DNA of 64,000 nt from NCBI GenBank assembly GCA_051294375.1, contig CM119271.1:4545353-4609352 (forward strand). Direction: 5' to 3'. The first letter of the stretch is position 1; each line of letters starts with the position of its first letter. The notes beneath the pieces are model-generated. The model was given only the letters and a program-made list of their open reading frames with translations, did no database searches and was not told the DNA's origin. The position numbers and the translations under genes are program-made. Below are positions 37,121 to 51,300 of the stretch, piece by piece. The stretch comes from Paraspadella gotoi. Taxonomy: Eukaryota > Animalia > Chaetognatha.

Positions 37121-37829
37121 GTGTAATATTTTTTACGAAATAGAAAAATTAATAGTCAAATTAAGAAAAAAAAAGGAGATTAACAACGACACTAATAATA
37201 ATATAATAGTAATAGATTTATAGTAATAATATAATAGAAATCTGCATTTATGATTTTCGATTAACTTCGACGGCGCTGCCGTTTCTTTTTAAAAAAAAAC
37301 ATGAAAGAAACATAAAGGTCGCCGGTTCAAGTCCACCTCTCGTCGTAATTAAGGGGTTCAAGGTTTAAGAATTGACAACACTTTCAGCCGACAAGACAAC
37401 GAAAAACAACAATTTAACCAGCAAAAAGAAACAACAACCAGAACTACGACGAGAATGTATAATATACATAATATATATACATAATACATATACATAATAT
37501 ATATACATTGTATATCCAATATGAAAACAACAACCGTAACCTTAATGACAACGACAACAACGACAACCACGAGTTCAACGCCAACACCTCCCATTATTCG
37601 ATATCGGGCGAACAAACGCCCCTTAATTTAAAAAACAATAAAAACTCAATGTTGCGAGAATAAAGAAAGAAGGAAAAGAAAAAGAGAAAAAGAAAGAAAG
37701 AAAAAGAAATATCGACGTTTGGGAAAGAAAAGGGAGAATGGACTGAGAACGGAAGGAAAAGAGAAAGAGAGAAAAGAGAGTGTCCAAAGTAAGTATGTAA
37801 TGAAAGAAATTATGTAATGAATGAAAGAG

Positions 37830-37880
<51 letters not shown>

Positions 37881-38804
37881 AGAAAGAAAGAAAGAAGGAA
37901 AAGAAGAAGAAAGAAAGAAAGAAGAAAGAACGCAACAAGCAAGAAAGAAAGAAAGGAAAGATAAGAAAGAAGAATAGAAAGAAAGAAAGAATAGAGAAAG
38001 AGAAGAAGCAAGACAGCAACGACAAGCACAGAAAGAAGAAGAAAGCAAGCCAAGCAATCAAAGCCAAAGCAAGAAAGCAAAGACAAGAAAGAAGAAAGAA
38101 AGAAAGAAAGACAGACAAAGAAGAGAAAGGAAAACCAAGAAGACAAAGAAAGAAAGAAAAAAATATACTATAAGAAAAAAATGAAGAGGGGGAAAAGGCG
38201 GCCGGACATGGCAGGGAAAACGTCGCCGCGCCACAGTTTAATACAATGAAGTCGCGAAAGTGAATTAATTACTCGTCAGACGAAGCCGGAAGCTAGAGAT
38301 GGGAGGAGAGCAGGAGGCAGGAGGCAGGAGGAGGAGGTAGGAGGAGGAGGAGGAAGAGGAGGGGAGTGCAATTAGGTACGTTGCGAAGATTGTCGGGAAA
38401 TTAGAAAAGAAAAGAAAAGAAGGAAAAGAGGCACAGAAAAGAGAATTGAAGACTGTTTTAAAGGAGTTTAAGGGGTTGGCCTGTAGAGAGACGGCGGTAG
38501 ACTCGGCGGTCGCAACCATACAGCACGGCTGCGCGCGCGGGAGGCGGCGTAGGCGGCGCGCTGCGGCCGGCGGAAGGGGGCGCTCGGCGGCGGCAGGCGG
38601 CGCATTAGACGCCACCTACAACTTGTCTTGATTCAGCGCGACTAGGCCGCGATTTCCATGTCTCTCTGGGTTTGATGGGAATCGAATCGCGTAGAGTGGA
38701 AGGGCACCGAAGCGAAGAAGGAGAAAGACTCAAAGTTAATGTAAAGTATTTTCTGGGCAAATTTTATAGCATCATCAAGAAAATGTCTATTATATGCATA
38801 AGAC

Positions 38805-39531
38805 TGTTACGAAATCATTATCAATATAAATACCGTGGAATCCAAACTTCTCTCTTTCACCCCGATGCTCTTTTATTTCTATTTTACTAACGCAAGGAAA
38901 TTCCTATGTTCTCCGCGATCATAGCGACATCTCTAGTTTCTAATTTGTATCATATATATTATCCTTAGTACATGCCTTCCGAGTGGCTACGCATTGGTGT
39001 TCTGATTGGTTCGCGTTTCGTCATATCTCAGCAATTGATTTCTACACTCGAGTGTACCTCTCAGATTTGTTCAGTCTTGCAATGCGTTTTAAACTACTTT
39101 TTAAAAGATAATAATATCGCTATTTATAGATAGATCTCGAAACTTCTTTAATAAGAAACTAGTGATCGCTGGAATTGGTGGACTTTTCCCTTGTGATAGA
39201 GGCAACCCTTTCTCCCAAATTTGGTTTCAGAAACAAGTAAGATGAATCCTTTAAACTTTATATATATATTTGCTGAGTGTCGTATTAAATGTTTTGTTAT
39301 TCTTGCCACAGGACTCTAACTCTCTCTCTACTCTCATCTCATCAACTTAGATAGAAGTGCTTGGGCTTCGACTTTGGTCGCAGATACATCATCTTGAGCG
39401 TCAGACCGGCGTTCCATCGTGCTCGTCCGCGCCATCTGAACTCGAATTCCTCTCGTTTTGAAAAGCGCAGGATCCGGCTCAGCCAGTTAGTTTGTCAAAG
39501 ACAGCCACCTCTACGAACATAGTTCAATACA
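38805..39531 (-). mobile_element. Solo-LTR-like insertion, 727 bp, with 4-bp TSD AGAC
   Basis: Starts TGTTAC, ends AATACA, and is flanked by AGAC (38801-38804, 39532-39535). Copy B has a single AGAC empty site (48531-48534). TATA-like run and AATAAA lie in the expected order on the minus strand. Confidence 0.7.
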
Positions 39532-39734
39532 AGACTAATTGAAGGTTTATCCATTCGATGTTGTGAATTTAAGGTGGGGGTTTGCTTTTTGGGTAAGGGC
39601 TTTCTGCTTTTCTTTGGAAAGTCTTGAGTCTAAAAAAGAAAAGCAATCGCGAGAGAAAAAAAAACAAAAAGAGTTGAACTCGTCAAAAGAAAATGACGCA
39701 GGGAGATCGGAATTGCAGTTCGGCGTGAGATGGA

Positions 39735-39795
<61 letters not shown>

Positions 39796-39952
39796 CCTTT
39801 CTACCTTTCACGCTCACGTAGATATTAACAAGGGGTCAAAGGATTCTGTTTTGTTTTTTTTTGTTTATTGCTCTTTTTTCTTTCCTCCTGTTTTTTTTTT
39901 TTAGCTTAAATTTTTTTTTCATATTAATTCAATTTGCTAATCTATCATGCAA

Positions 39953-41212
39953 TTTTTCTAGCTCGAAGCCGCAAGAGGAAGTTGTTTTGTGATTCTTCAA
40001 TCCGTCCGTCTTCCGTCCGTCCTTGGCCGTCCGTCCCGTCTATCCGTCATCAAAGGGATTGATTTCTCTATTCTTCCGTCAAATTCAGTAACATTCGCCT
40101 CGTAAAAATCCCGCAGAATAATAAACGTAAATCAGTCGAATCTGGAGAGATCCGAAATTTCTTCGCGCCGAGTTGAAACTGCGTGTAAACGGAACGCGCG
40201 TCGCGTGCAAAATTGCGCGCGCGAGTTTTTTTTCTCTCCGAATTCGAGATTGCGCGACTCGGAAATATGAAATTACCAGAGTGATTAGGGGCGAACTCCG
40301 CTAGGAGCGGGAGGTCTAGGGATTCGAGCGTATTAGAACTTGCGGAATTGGAAAGGCAATCGTAGTGGGTCTTGACGGCGTTAGAAAAACAACTAAAATG
40401 TTTTACACAGTAGAATTGTAGTGAAAGAAAAGCTTCGTCTGAAAGGAATAACATCATGCTCTATCAATTCCCTGATCTCGATCGGAAAATGCCGTGATCT
40501 TAGCAAAGTGCCACAAAAGCGCTTAAATGCGTGAATAAGCCCGAAAATACACCCGCTTCGCGCTCCTTGAAAATTCCTTGAAATGCCTTTAAAATACTGC
40601 GAAAAATACTTTAAATGTGACTCAAAATACTCTAATTTGCTGCGAGATGCACAAAGTCCGAAGAACCGAGATGCGGCGCTCTGCAAGATTGACGCGGAGA
40701 CAAGAGTTTCTTTTGTTTTTTTTGTTTTGTTTTTTTTTTTTTTTTGTATTCTGAGGATAAAATGGCGCAAAAAATGTTTATGAACGAATTTGGTCGCAGG
40801 GAATGGAGGAAGGGAAAACAAAAGGGGAAAATGGGAAGAAAAAAGGGAGGAATGTGGAGGGAAAAGAAAAAGAAAAAAAGACGGAGGAAAAAAAAAAAAT
40901 CGCCAGAAGCTGACCAAAATATTTAGAAAAAACTCCCGCACATTTTTTTCCCTCCCCTCTCTCTTCCTCTCTCTCTCTCTCCTCTCTCTCTCTCTCCTCT
41001 CTCTTCTCTATCTCTCCACCCCAAAGCCAGCCGCCCACCGACTTACCCTTCCCCACCACAATCACTACCCCGTTCGACCGAATGCAAAGGCGGATTGAGA
41101 CTCGAATCCCAATGCGACCGACGGTTGTTTTTGTTCGAGCATCGAAAACCGGGCGACGTCGAGTCCCGGAGAGATGTCGCGCCGGCAGTCGTCGCGAAGA
41201 GCGATAGACTAG
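39953..41212 (+). mobile_element. Possible Helitron/HINE-like non-autonomous element (duplicated at about 50480-51790)
   Basis: Begins T-run plus CTAGCTCG followed by (TCCG)n microsatellite; ends with small hairpin TCGC-GAAGA-GCGA and CTAG. Boundaries are inferred. Confidence 0.3.
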
Positions 41213-41760
41213 AGTTGAAAAGATTGAGCAACTCTTGGAACCGAATTACCGATCCAATATTCACTTGCTCTACTAGGCTTCAGGCCAAAGCAAACTGAAT
41301 TTTCTCTGACCGTTGATAATTTTCAATTACGGATAGAGTTAGTATTTTATAATTTTTTTTAAAAAGAACTTAAAATTTTTTTTCGTATGAGGTTATCACA
41401 TTAAACACGGTTAAATCAAATCAAATTGTAATAATTTTTTTTTTTTTTTAAAATTAAAAATCATCGAATCAAAATCGTTCTCTTCTCCAATTCAGCGTTT
41501 TTTTTTTTAATTTATTTCATCAATTCGTAAAACAGTGCGCTACAGTTTCTCTCCATTTCAAACTCTTAGTCTTCCAATCCCGTTCAGCAAAAAACAGTCG
41601 TCAGCCCGCAGTGTGCCGAAGCAGTACCACGCCCATTTTTAACAGCGTGGACTCATCGGCCTTCCGCACCCGACCAACGCCACTCTGCGTTCCATCTCAT
41701 TCTTCCTCCTTTTCCGCACGCCCGGGCTTCGTGACCGCCGTGTCGCGGGAGGAGGGGGGG

Positions 41761-41791
<31 letters not shown>

Positions 41792-42086
41792 GAGAGCAGA
41801 GAGAGAGAGAGAGAGAGAGAGAGATGAGACGATGGTGCTGGCGCCATGTGGTTTCAGGCAGGCGGAAGCCGTCCTCGAAGGGCGTAGCTGCGTAGTGGAA
41901 TGGGTGGATCCTGAGTTGAGACTATGTCAGGAGTGGAGACTGCGTCAGGGTTGGAGACTGCGTTAGGGGTGGGAGACCTGGGCCGGTTGGGAAGGGGAGA
42001 GCGTAACAGGAGTGACATAGGAAAGTGAAGAGAATAGTTGATTAAGTTAAGTGCTGTGAAGCGGCTTCACTACAAAAAGTAAGGGG

Positions 42087-42205
42087 AGGGTTCGGGCTTG
42101 GGTCTTCGGGGTTATAGTAAACGTTTGCATGGGGTTGGCTGGGTCTTCGGTATTAGTAAGTTTGCAATGGGGTTCGGCTTGGGTCTTCGGGGTCTTTAGT
42201 AAAGT
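42087..42205. repeat. Tandem repeat, 3 x about 42 bp
   Basis: GGGTTCGGCTTGGGTCTTCGGGG..TAGTAA repeated three times. Confidence 0.85.
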
Positions 42206-43964
42206 GTGGAGGCGCTAATTGGGTTAGAATCGCGACGAGTTCTTTCAGTTCGTCGTCGTCGTCGTCGACGGCAAAATTGAATGTTTCTTTTTTTGTTTCT
42301 TGTTGTTTTTTTTAGTGTTTTTTATGGGGGTTGTTAAAAAAAAATAAAACAAAATGTGAAAAAAAACTAAAGGTTTAAGATTTAAGAATTTGTTGACGAA
42401 AGTAAACAGCTCACCAGGGGGAGGGATCACTCTTCCATCCCCTCATGGTTGATTAGCTTTGGCCAAGTGTCCAATGAGAGCGGAGGCCTCGATTTCAAAA
42501 AAATAAAAAAATAAAAAAGACAAAAGGAGAAAACTGAAAGCGAAGATCGAAAAAGTTGATATGAAAGTAAAAAAGAAAAATAAAATTCTCCGTCAGCGAA
42601 AAAGTGATTAATCAAAACCTGAAATGTTTTTTCGTCTTCCTTCCTTTCTCGCGCTGAGGGTTTTTGTCGTCGGTTGTTGTTCGTCGTTGTTGTTCGTCGT
42701 CGTTTTAATTTTTACAGCTTATTTTTTGCTACGTTCTTAAACTAGAGTAGTAAATGTTGCGTCAAATGTTTGTGTTTGGTTCAAATAGAAGAAAGATTTT
42801 CTATGTTTGTTATGTTTTTTTAGTTTTCATTTCTTCTTCTTCACAGAAATCAAGACTTTTTTTATTCTTATAATTAAATTGTTAAAAAAAAAAAAAGAAA
42901 TAAGAAAAATGAGACAAATTAACTAACTTCTTAAAAATCTTCGTTACCCAATTTTAACTCTATAAACCCCAAAACCGCGTGACTCTCTCCTCTCAATTTC
43001 CCCAAGTCTCTTCTGTTGTCAGCGAAAATCCAGTCAAAGTTCCTCTTCGGGGGTTCGCCGCGTTCTCGGAACGCCCACACGTAAACAAAGGGAACTTGAA
43101 CTCTCTTCCTTCTCTCTCTCTCTCTCTCTCGCTCTCTCTATCTCTCTCTCTCTTCTCTACTCTCTCTCTCTCTAATCTCTGCTCCTCATCCTTTACACAA
43201 AAACCCTTTCCCCCTTGAAGCAGGACTCATTCTGTTTCTGGTCGTTCGATCGCTATCTTTACTCAATCATTTCACTTATTTTTTTCAGTTTTCACTCTCC
43301 CTTCCCCCCCCCTCTTTCCCCCCTTCACCTCTTTCTCCTTCATCATTCAACCTTTTTTTTCACAATTTTCCTTTTCCTCTCTTAGTAAACTGATGGCGAC
43401 TTTGAAATCCCATTTCATCCTGCCTTTAAAAAAAAAAACGTTGAAGAATAACGAGACACAGGTTTTTTTTAAAAATCTTAAAGATTTTGTTGTTTTTTTT
43501 AATACCTTTTTCTTTTGGTGAAGATATTTTGGAAAAAAAAAAATTTTTTCAAAAGTTTTTCACGCCATTTCAAGGTCCCCAAGGTCCCACTGTCCAGTGA
43601 CACTGTCCACATGCAAACACGCAATGAAGCGGAATGAAATCCAAAGGACAAGCTGCGAAATTAACCCAGAGATCGCAAGGTCACGTTGCATGCATACACC
43701 TTACTTCCTCAGTCATCCTCCACCATCGCCAGTTTTTGAAGGATCTTTGTAGGCACATTTGTTGTAAGCGTCGTCATAGCGACCGAGGGTCTGGCTTGTC
43801 CCCTGCCAATTTTTTCCATTGCTCCGTGACTTCCTTCGTGAAAATATCTAGCTAAATAATAAAATAACGTTCATTTAAAACTAACGTGATAGCTGTCGGG
43901 CCAATCTAAGACACGACGTTGAGTGCATCGAAGAGGCATGGTCGAGACGATAATAACAAACCGA

Positions 43965-44394
43965 TGGGCGCGCCGGTCGAGAAGGGAGCGCTGGTCGGAG
44001 AAAGGACGCGCCGGTCGAGAAATGGCACGCGGTCGAGAAATGGACACGGGTGCGGTCGGTAGAAATAGCGTGCGGTCGGAGAAATAGACGTGCCGTCGAA
44101 AATGGACGCGCGGTCGAGAAATAAAGACGTGCCGTCGGAGAATGAACGCGCGGTCGGAGAAATAGACCGTGCCGGCGAAAATGGACGCGCCGGTCGAGAA
44201 ATGGAGCGGCGTCGAGAAGAGCGCCGTCGAGAATGGACGCGCCGGTAGGAGAAATGGACAACCGGTCCGGAGAAATAGACGTGCCCGTCGGAGATGGCAC
44301 GCCGGTGGAGGAAATAGAGACCGCCGGGTTGGAGAAATAGACGCAGTCGGAGAAATGGACGCGCCGGTGAGAAATGATGCGCCGTCGAGAAATG
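43965..44394. repeat. 20-bp minisatellite CCGGTCGGAGAAATGGACGCG
   Basis: About 20 degenerate units; cleaner units at 54440-54508 and 55328-55340 flank an N gap in copy B. Confidence 0.9.
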
Positions 44395-45399
44395 NNNNNN
44401 NNNNNNNNNNNNNNNNNNNTCTTATATACAAAAGTGAGTATTCATACTAAGTCTATCGTTATTTAATAGTCAGAAATAATATAACATTAAAAAATAATAA
44501 ATTAATAATAAAATAAAAAATAATAAATAATAAATTTAATTTAAATACAGGCTTAATCTGAGATTTTAATTTTATTATATTTTCTACCCAATGTATATCG
44601 CAGAAAATGAACAAAAACAAATATTTAAGCACTTTAAATCATATGCACTCATATTTATTGAAAAAAAACAAAAAAATAAACTATAAGAAAAAAGACTATT
44701 ACATTCTGACCTAAATCTTATTATATCAGTCTACTATTTCATCTTAATAGTCTCTCTCAATAGTTATAGGAGTTATAGCAGTGAATTTTTACTTTTGTTC
44801 CGTTTTCTTCTCATGACATAATGCTACGTTATATGCGTTCTTTCTATATATTATCATTGCTTATTTCTCTATGAAGGCTCTGTCTTATTTTTTTCATTCT
44901 AGCTTTTTCTAATCTTAGGTTATTTACAATGTTTCATTTGTTTATTAATTTATTTTAATTACAACTTAAATGTTGCAAATAAAGATGCCTTCTACTTTAG
45001 TCTTTCTTACACTAACTGTAATACATCCATATATTTATTTTGATGTTTATATCAATCATACTTAATTCAATTATACCATTTAAAATAATTCTCTTGGCCA
45101 TAACATAGGAACAGCATATTCTTAATATTATATTATCTTCATTTTTTTATATAATTTTATTATTTTTTGTTCTATGAATCTTGATCTTCATCTCTAGGTG
45201 TGGATCATGATGAAGCTTGTTAATTTTTTTTAATTATTTGGTTTTCTCCTAATCATCTCTTCTTCTAGTATTTCTCCTGTTCACGCTTCCGTTCTTTTAT
45301 TCTTCATCTTCTCGATCTATGCGTATTTGTTAATGGTAACCTCGAACTTTTTGACAGTCTCAATATATGAAAACTCTTGAAATTTTAATCTAATTATTG

Positions 45400-48300
45400 A
45401 TATTTACTTACTTCTTAGTTCTATCCTTCTTGAACTTTACCATCATTACTATTAATCTAACATAAGCAGTACTACGTCAATAGGATCATTTAAATATATT
45501 GTTTAAAATTTCATTTCAAAACAATCTTTAAAACCACCTATTACCCTGCCCGAAACTTTTAACCTGACTTTAACTTTATACCTCACTCTGTAACTTCTTC
45601 TATCTCCAACGAGTTACCGATCTCTATCATATCCCCTCATATCGTATTAATCCGATATATTATTTTCTTCCGTGTCCGAAAGACCTCTTTCTCTGCGGTT
45701 TTTTGCTCTTTTCAATTCACTTTTATTGATTACTACTTGTAATATTATTAGATCGCCATTGGCTTTCTGTAATAAAAATTTTGACAATTATCTCTATAGT
45801 CTATTATCCTCTTTACCGTCGTCTACGCTTACACGAGTTTTTTTTGGTTTTCCACCCCAGCTCGTAAATCGTGCATTATTGCCGTGAAACTTGCCGTACG
45901 TGTCACTGACCAATGACAACTCGCAATATTTGCTTTTTCTTTACTACGTCAACTTTAATCCTTAAATATATATACTCAATACTCTTTCTCTACCAGACTT
46001 TGATCTAGAAAACATCCCTTCTCCGACTCCGTTCTCTTATACTGCTGACAAACGTTCCTTGCCTGATCCTAACTCTATCTTTCGGTTCTGTGTTAAATTT
46101 TTCGTTTTTTTGTTACTCGAAATAGTAAATTATTTAATAATTTAAATAGTCAATATTTATATAGGCTGGAGTAAATTATAAGGATTATTTTCGTGGTAAT
46201 GTTTATTCTTCTTTCAATTATCTGTGATTTAACAAATCGACATCTCACCTAAATATTAATTTATTATATATAAGTAATATTTTAGTTATTTTTTTTTCTT
46301 TGTTATTTTTTAATATTTTAGTTTAAAAATAATATTATTAAATATTTTTATAGATCAATCTTTGATTTGCTTACGCTATTTTTATATTCTTGACATATTT
46401 TTCTTTCGATTAAACTTCGACGGATCAATATACTACTTACGCTTGACCCTTTATATTCGATTAATTCTTTTAAAAAAAAAACAAATGAACAGCGGAAACC
46501 ACATGAAAAGGATCGCATGTTTGGTTTCAAATATCCTCCTTCACTACGTACCGATAATAATTAAATTCACCTGCGGTTCAAAAGGTTTCATTTTAAGAAA
46601 TTGGACACACTTTTTTTCAGCCGACCAGGACAAACGGAACAAAAAAACAACAATCTTTTATTTATTATATTAATAGCTAATAAAAAGAAACAATACATTC
46701 CAGAACTACGACAGAATGTTCTATATATAATCAATAATTTAATAATTATTAAATAATATAATACCATATAATTAAATCAAATATTCAAACAACAACCACG
46801 TAAACCCTCTTAATTGACAACGACAACAAACAACAGACAACAACGAGTTATTTTCCAAACGACCAACAACCTCCCACATTATCTCGAGAAATTATAACGG
46901 ACTTTTGATATTATTTTTTATTAATCTTTTCTATACTTATGTAATTTTTACTTTCTTTTAATTTAGTCTATTAGCTGATAATCTTCATAACGCTCCGTCA
47001 CTTTACTTCATTATACTTTAATTTCAAAAATCATACTAATACATTAACTTCCTCAACTTGGGCTTTTGCTTATACTATTTTTTTGCTTCAATTTTCTTCA
47101 TTTATTTTCTATTTTAGAGTTACTCTTCTTTCATTTAGAATTTTAAAATGAACAAGAATTGAAAAAACAAAAAAAAAAAAAAACAAAGAGAAAAAAGAAA
47201 AAGAAAAAAACAAAAGCAAAATAATCGACACAACGTCTGGGAAAAAGAAAAAGCGAGAATGGACTTGATTACTGTAACAAGAATGGAATAGAGGATCAAG
47301 AGTAGAAAAAGTAATATATTGAATTGAAAGAAGAAAGAAAAGAAAAGCAAATAAATGCAAAAGATCTAGAAAGATAAAGTAGATTATTTATCTGATAATT
47401 TATCGATATAGACTTATCGTGATTTAACATAGAACTAAGCTAATCGTTCAAGTCTATAGCATCATATATTATTTCTTTTACTTGTTCATATAGTTCGTGT
47501 AATAAGTAAAGATTTATTTAATATAGTCTTATGTCAATATTATAGTATATAATAGATATATAAGAAAGAAACAAGTCAAGGTGATTATTTAGGTAAATTT
47601 ATTTATATTAATATTTATAATATTAGAAAGAGAATAGAAAGAAAGAAAGAAAGAAAAGATAACGCAACAAGCAAGAAAGACAGAAAGAAAGATAAGAAAG
47701 CAAGCAATCGAAAGAAAGCAAAGCAAAAAAGAAAGAAGGAAAGAAAGCAAGAATGCAACAAAAGAAGAAAGCAAAGAACAGCAAGCAAGAAGCAGAAGAG
47801 AAAGCAACAACAAAAGAAAGACAGAAAAAGAAAGAAAACGAACAGAAAGAATAGAAATATTTAAGAAAAAAAGAAAGAGGGGAAAAGCGGCCGGAATGGC
47901 AGGGAAAACGTCGCCGCGGCCCAATTTAGTACAATGGAAGTCGCGAAAGTGATTAAATTACTCGTCAGACTGAAGCGGAAGGCTATGGGTTGAGGAGAGC
48001 AGGAGGCAGGAGGAGGAGGAGTGATAGGAGGAGGAGGAGCAGGAGGGGAGTGCATTAGGACGTTGCGAAGATTGTCCTTGGAAAGAAAAGAATTAAGAAA
48101 AAAAGAAAAGAAAAGAAAAGGGAAAAAGAAAAGGCAAAGAAAAAGAAAAGAAAAGAAAGACTGTTTTAAAGGAGTTTAAGGGGTTTGGCACTGTAGAAGA
48201 CGGCGGTAGACTCGGCCGGTTTCGGCAACCATAGGCAGCAGCAGGCCTGTCCGGCGGGCGTTCGGCGGCGGCGGCGTACGGACGGCGCTGGCTGTCGGCC

Positions 48301-51300
48301 GGCGGCAAGGCGGCGGACGGCGTCGGCGGCAGGCACGCGGCGGCGGCTTAGACGCCACCGCACTTTGTTTGATTCAGTCCGACTGGCCGCGATTTGATGT
48401 CCCTCTGGGTTTGTGGGAATCGAATCGCTAGAGTGGAGGGACCGAAGGAAGAAGGAGAAAGACTCAAAGATGATGTATAAGATTTTCTGGCAAAATTTAT
48501 ACATCATAAGAAAATGTCTATTATATCATAAGACTAATTGAAGGTTTATCCATTCGAGTTGTGAATTTATGGTGGGGTTTGCTTTTTGGGGTAAGGGCTT
48601 TCTCTTTTTCTTTGGAAAGTCTTGGAGTNNNNNNNNNNNNNNNNNNNNNNNNNGAGAGAGAAAACAGGAGAAAGAAAAGGAGCAATAAAAGAGAAAGAGA
48701 AAAAAAAACAAACGATATTGAGAACCTCCTTTGGTAGCGAGCAGACAACTGTTTAAGATCTGACCAATCCGCATTGTGTAATAATGAAATAAACGTCCAA
48801 AGAGGTAGATGAGTACAAGTAGAGATCGTGAAGACACTAAATCAAAGAAGACCAATACAAATACAGATCCTACTGATGTTCTTATTGACATGGACAGGCT
48901 TATCTTTTTTATGCTCAAGCTCATAGTGAGATGTCGACGGTAATTTCTGGCACGTCTCTTGATTTCTCTTCGCATTCTGATTATCTTACCCTAATCTTTA
49001 CTATTCTCTTCTCTCTCTAAATTATTCTATTCTCTCTACAAACTTTACATCTTATTACATTCTTTGAATACGCAGTTAAAATAAACCATTACACAGTCCA
49101 AGAATACGTTAAGGATTATTTAGATTTTTTGTAAATATCTACACAATCCTCTGTGCAGTGATCAATCCAAATTTAGATTGACGCCCGGGAATCTATAGCA
49201 AGCTTAAAGGAAAAAGTCAAGCATAATCAATCTTAAGTAAAAGCCGCAGGGATCTCCCCTAGAACGGCATCATCTTTTCTTGTGGTCTGTATGTTCTAAT
49301 GTCTTGCTTTTTTTTGGTTTTTTTTTTTTTTTTTTCTTTTCTTCACTCCCATATTCACAAAGCGATGATTTCAGCTTACGATATTTTTATAAGCACTCAT
49401 AGATCCAGCTTTTTCCTCCCACAACATGGAAAAGAGCAGGCCTTACATATTGTTTCAAAAGAAACTCATCCAACCTATACAATTCAAACCAACTAACAGC
49501 TAAATGGTAGTAATACCTCAAACGCCAATTAGGTACCTCGTAATTGAACCAATTGCTCGTAGGAGGAATTCTTTGGAGTATTCGACATAACATGTTCCTG
49601 GTTCTGAGCCGCAACCACTGCCGCTAATCAAAACGAGAGAATTCGAGTCAATGGCGGCGGACGAAGACGATGGCGCCGGTCTTGACGCTCAAGATGAGGT
49701 ATCTGACGACAAGTCGAAGCCGCGTCACTTCTATCTAAAGTTGATGAGATGAGAGTAGAAGAGAGAGTTAGAAAGTCCTTGGGTTGCAACGAATTGACAA
49801 TACAAAACATTTAATACAACGACCTCAGACAAATATATATACTAGTTATATATCGTTTTAAACGATCCCATCTTACTTGTTTCCTGATCACTAACCAACA
49901 CTATCTAAGTAGAAATGGTTGCCTGTAAAATCACAGGACAGTCCACCAATAAACCAAAACGCGATTACACGTCGTTATTTCTTATATTCATAGTAGTATT
50001 TCCCGCGATAACAGACATTGCATAATTTGCAGATCAATCTTTAAGCATTTTCACCGGCAAGTCAATTATAACTGGGGATTCCCAGGCAATTGTCCGCAGG
50101 GCCGGCGCATTGTCGTCCATTCTCATCAATCAGAGTCAATTATAGTGTATAGGGAGCGTATGAAAGTACCATAGGACTGGTGTTGTTAGTATTCGAATGA
50201 ATAATCAATTAAGAATCGACGGCTGTAGTGGATCCATTAATGTACATCGCTGACCGGCTTCTTGTATAATATTTTTCTTATTTGGCTTTCGTCTTGCATT
50301 TATTTTTTATTTTTCTTTTCTTTAATTTTCTCTCTTTTGTCCGGTGGGGTTTTGTTTTCCAGTTAGAATTTATTTGATAAATGTTAGTTGTCTATTTTTT
50401 TTTTTTTGGTGGGTTTTTATTTTTTTTTTTTTTACTTAAATTTTTTTCATATTAATTCAATTTGCTAATCTATCATCAATTTTTCTAGCTCGAAGCCAAA
50501 GGAAGTTGGTTTCTGTGATTCTTCAATCCGTCCGTCCTTCCGTCCGTCCTTCCGTCCGTCCGTCTATCCGTCATAAAGGGACTTGATTCTCTATTCTTTC
50601 CGTCCAAATTCAGTAAACATTCGCCTCGTAAAAAAATCCCGCCAGAATATAAACGTAAATCAGTCGGAATCGGAGAGAATCCGAAATTTCTTCGCGCTTC
50701 GAGTTGAAACTGCGTGTAAACGACGCGCGTCGCGTGCAAAATTGCGCGCGCGAGTTTTTTTTCTCCCGAATTCGAGATTGCGCGACTCGGAAATTGAAAT
50801 TCCAGAGTGATTACGGGGCGCAACTCCGCTAGGAGGCGGGAGGTCTAGGGATTCGAGCGTATTAGAACTTGCGGCATTGAGAAAGGCATCGTATGGGTCT
50901 TGACGGCGTTAGAAAAACAACTAAAATGTTTACAGTAGAATTGGTAGTGAAGAAAAGCTTCGTCTGAAAGGATAACATCATGCATCTATCAATTCCCTGA
51001 TCTCGATCGGAAATGCCGTGATCTTCGGCAAAGTGCCACAAAATGCTCTAAATTGCGTGAATAAGCCGAAAATTACCGCTTCGCTCCTTGAAAATTCCTT
51101 GAAATGCTTTAAAATACTGCGAAATACTTTAATGTGACTCAAAATACTCTAATTTGCTGCGAGATGCCACAAAGTCGAAGAACCGAGATGCGGCGCTCTC
51201 AAAGATGACGGCGGAGACAAGAGTTTCTTTTGTTTTTTTTGTTTTTTGTTTGTTTTTTTTTTGTATTCTGAGGATAAAATGGCGCAAAAATGTTTATGAA

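Larger units (their letters stand above)
36700..44394 (+). repeat. Copy A of large direct duplication
   Basis: Colinear with copy B: 38180-38800/47870-48530, 39930-41000/50455-51400, 41038-41760/51614-52329, 42310-43100/52741-53480, 43190-44000/53640-54508. Confidence 0.95.

Noticed and set aside
37313-37340. tRNA T-arm/B-box AAGGTCGCCGGTTCAAGTCC
   Set aside because: No upstream D or anticodon arm; isolated fragment only.
38265-38631. GC-rich Ala/Arg ORFs on both strands
   Set aside because: Frame is not conserved in the duplicate at 48090-48500, and there are no splice or domain signals.
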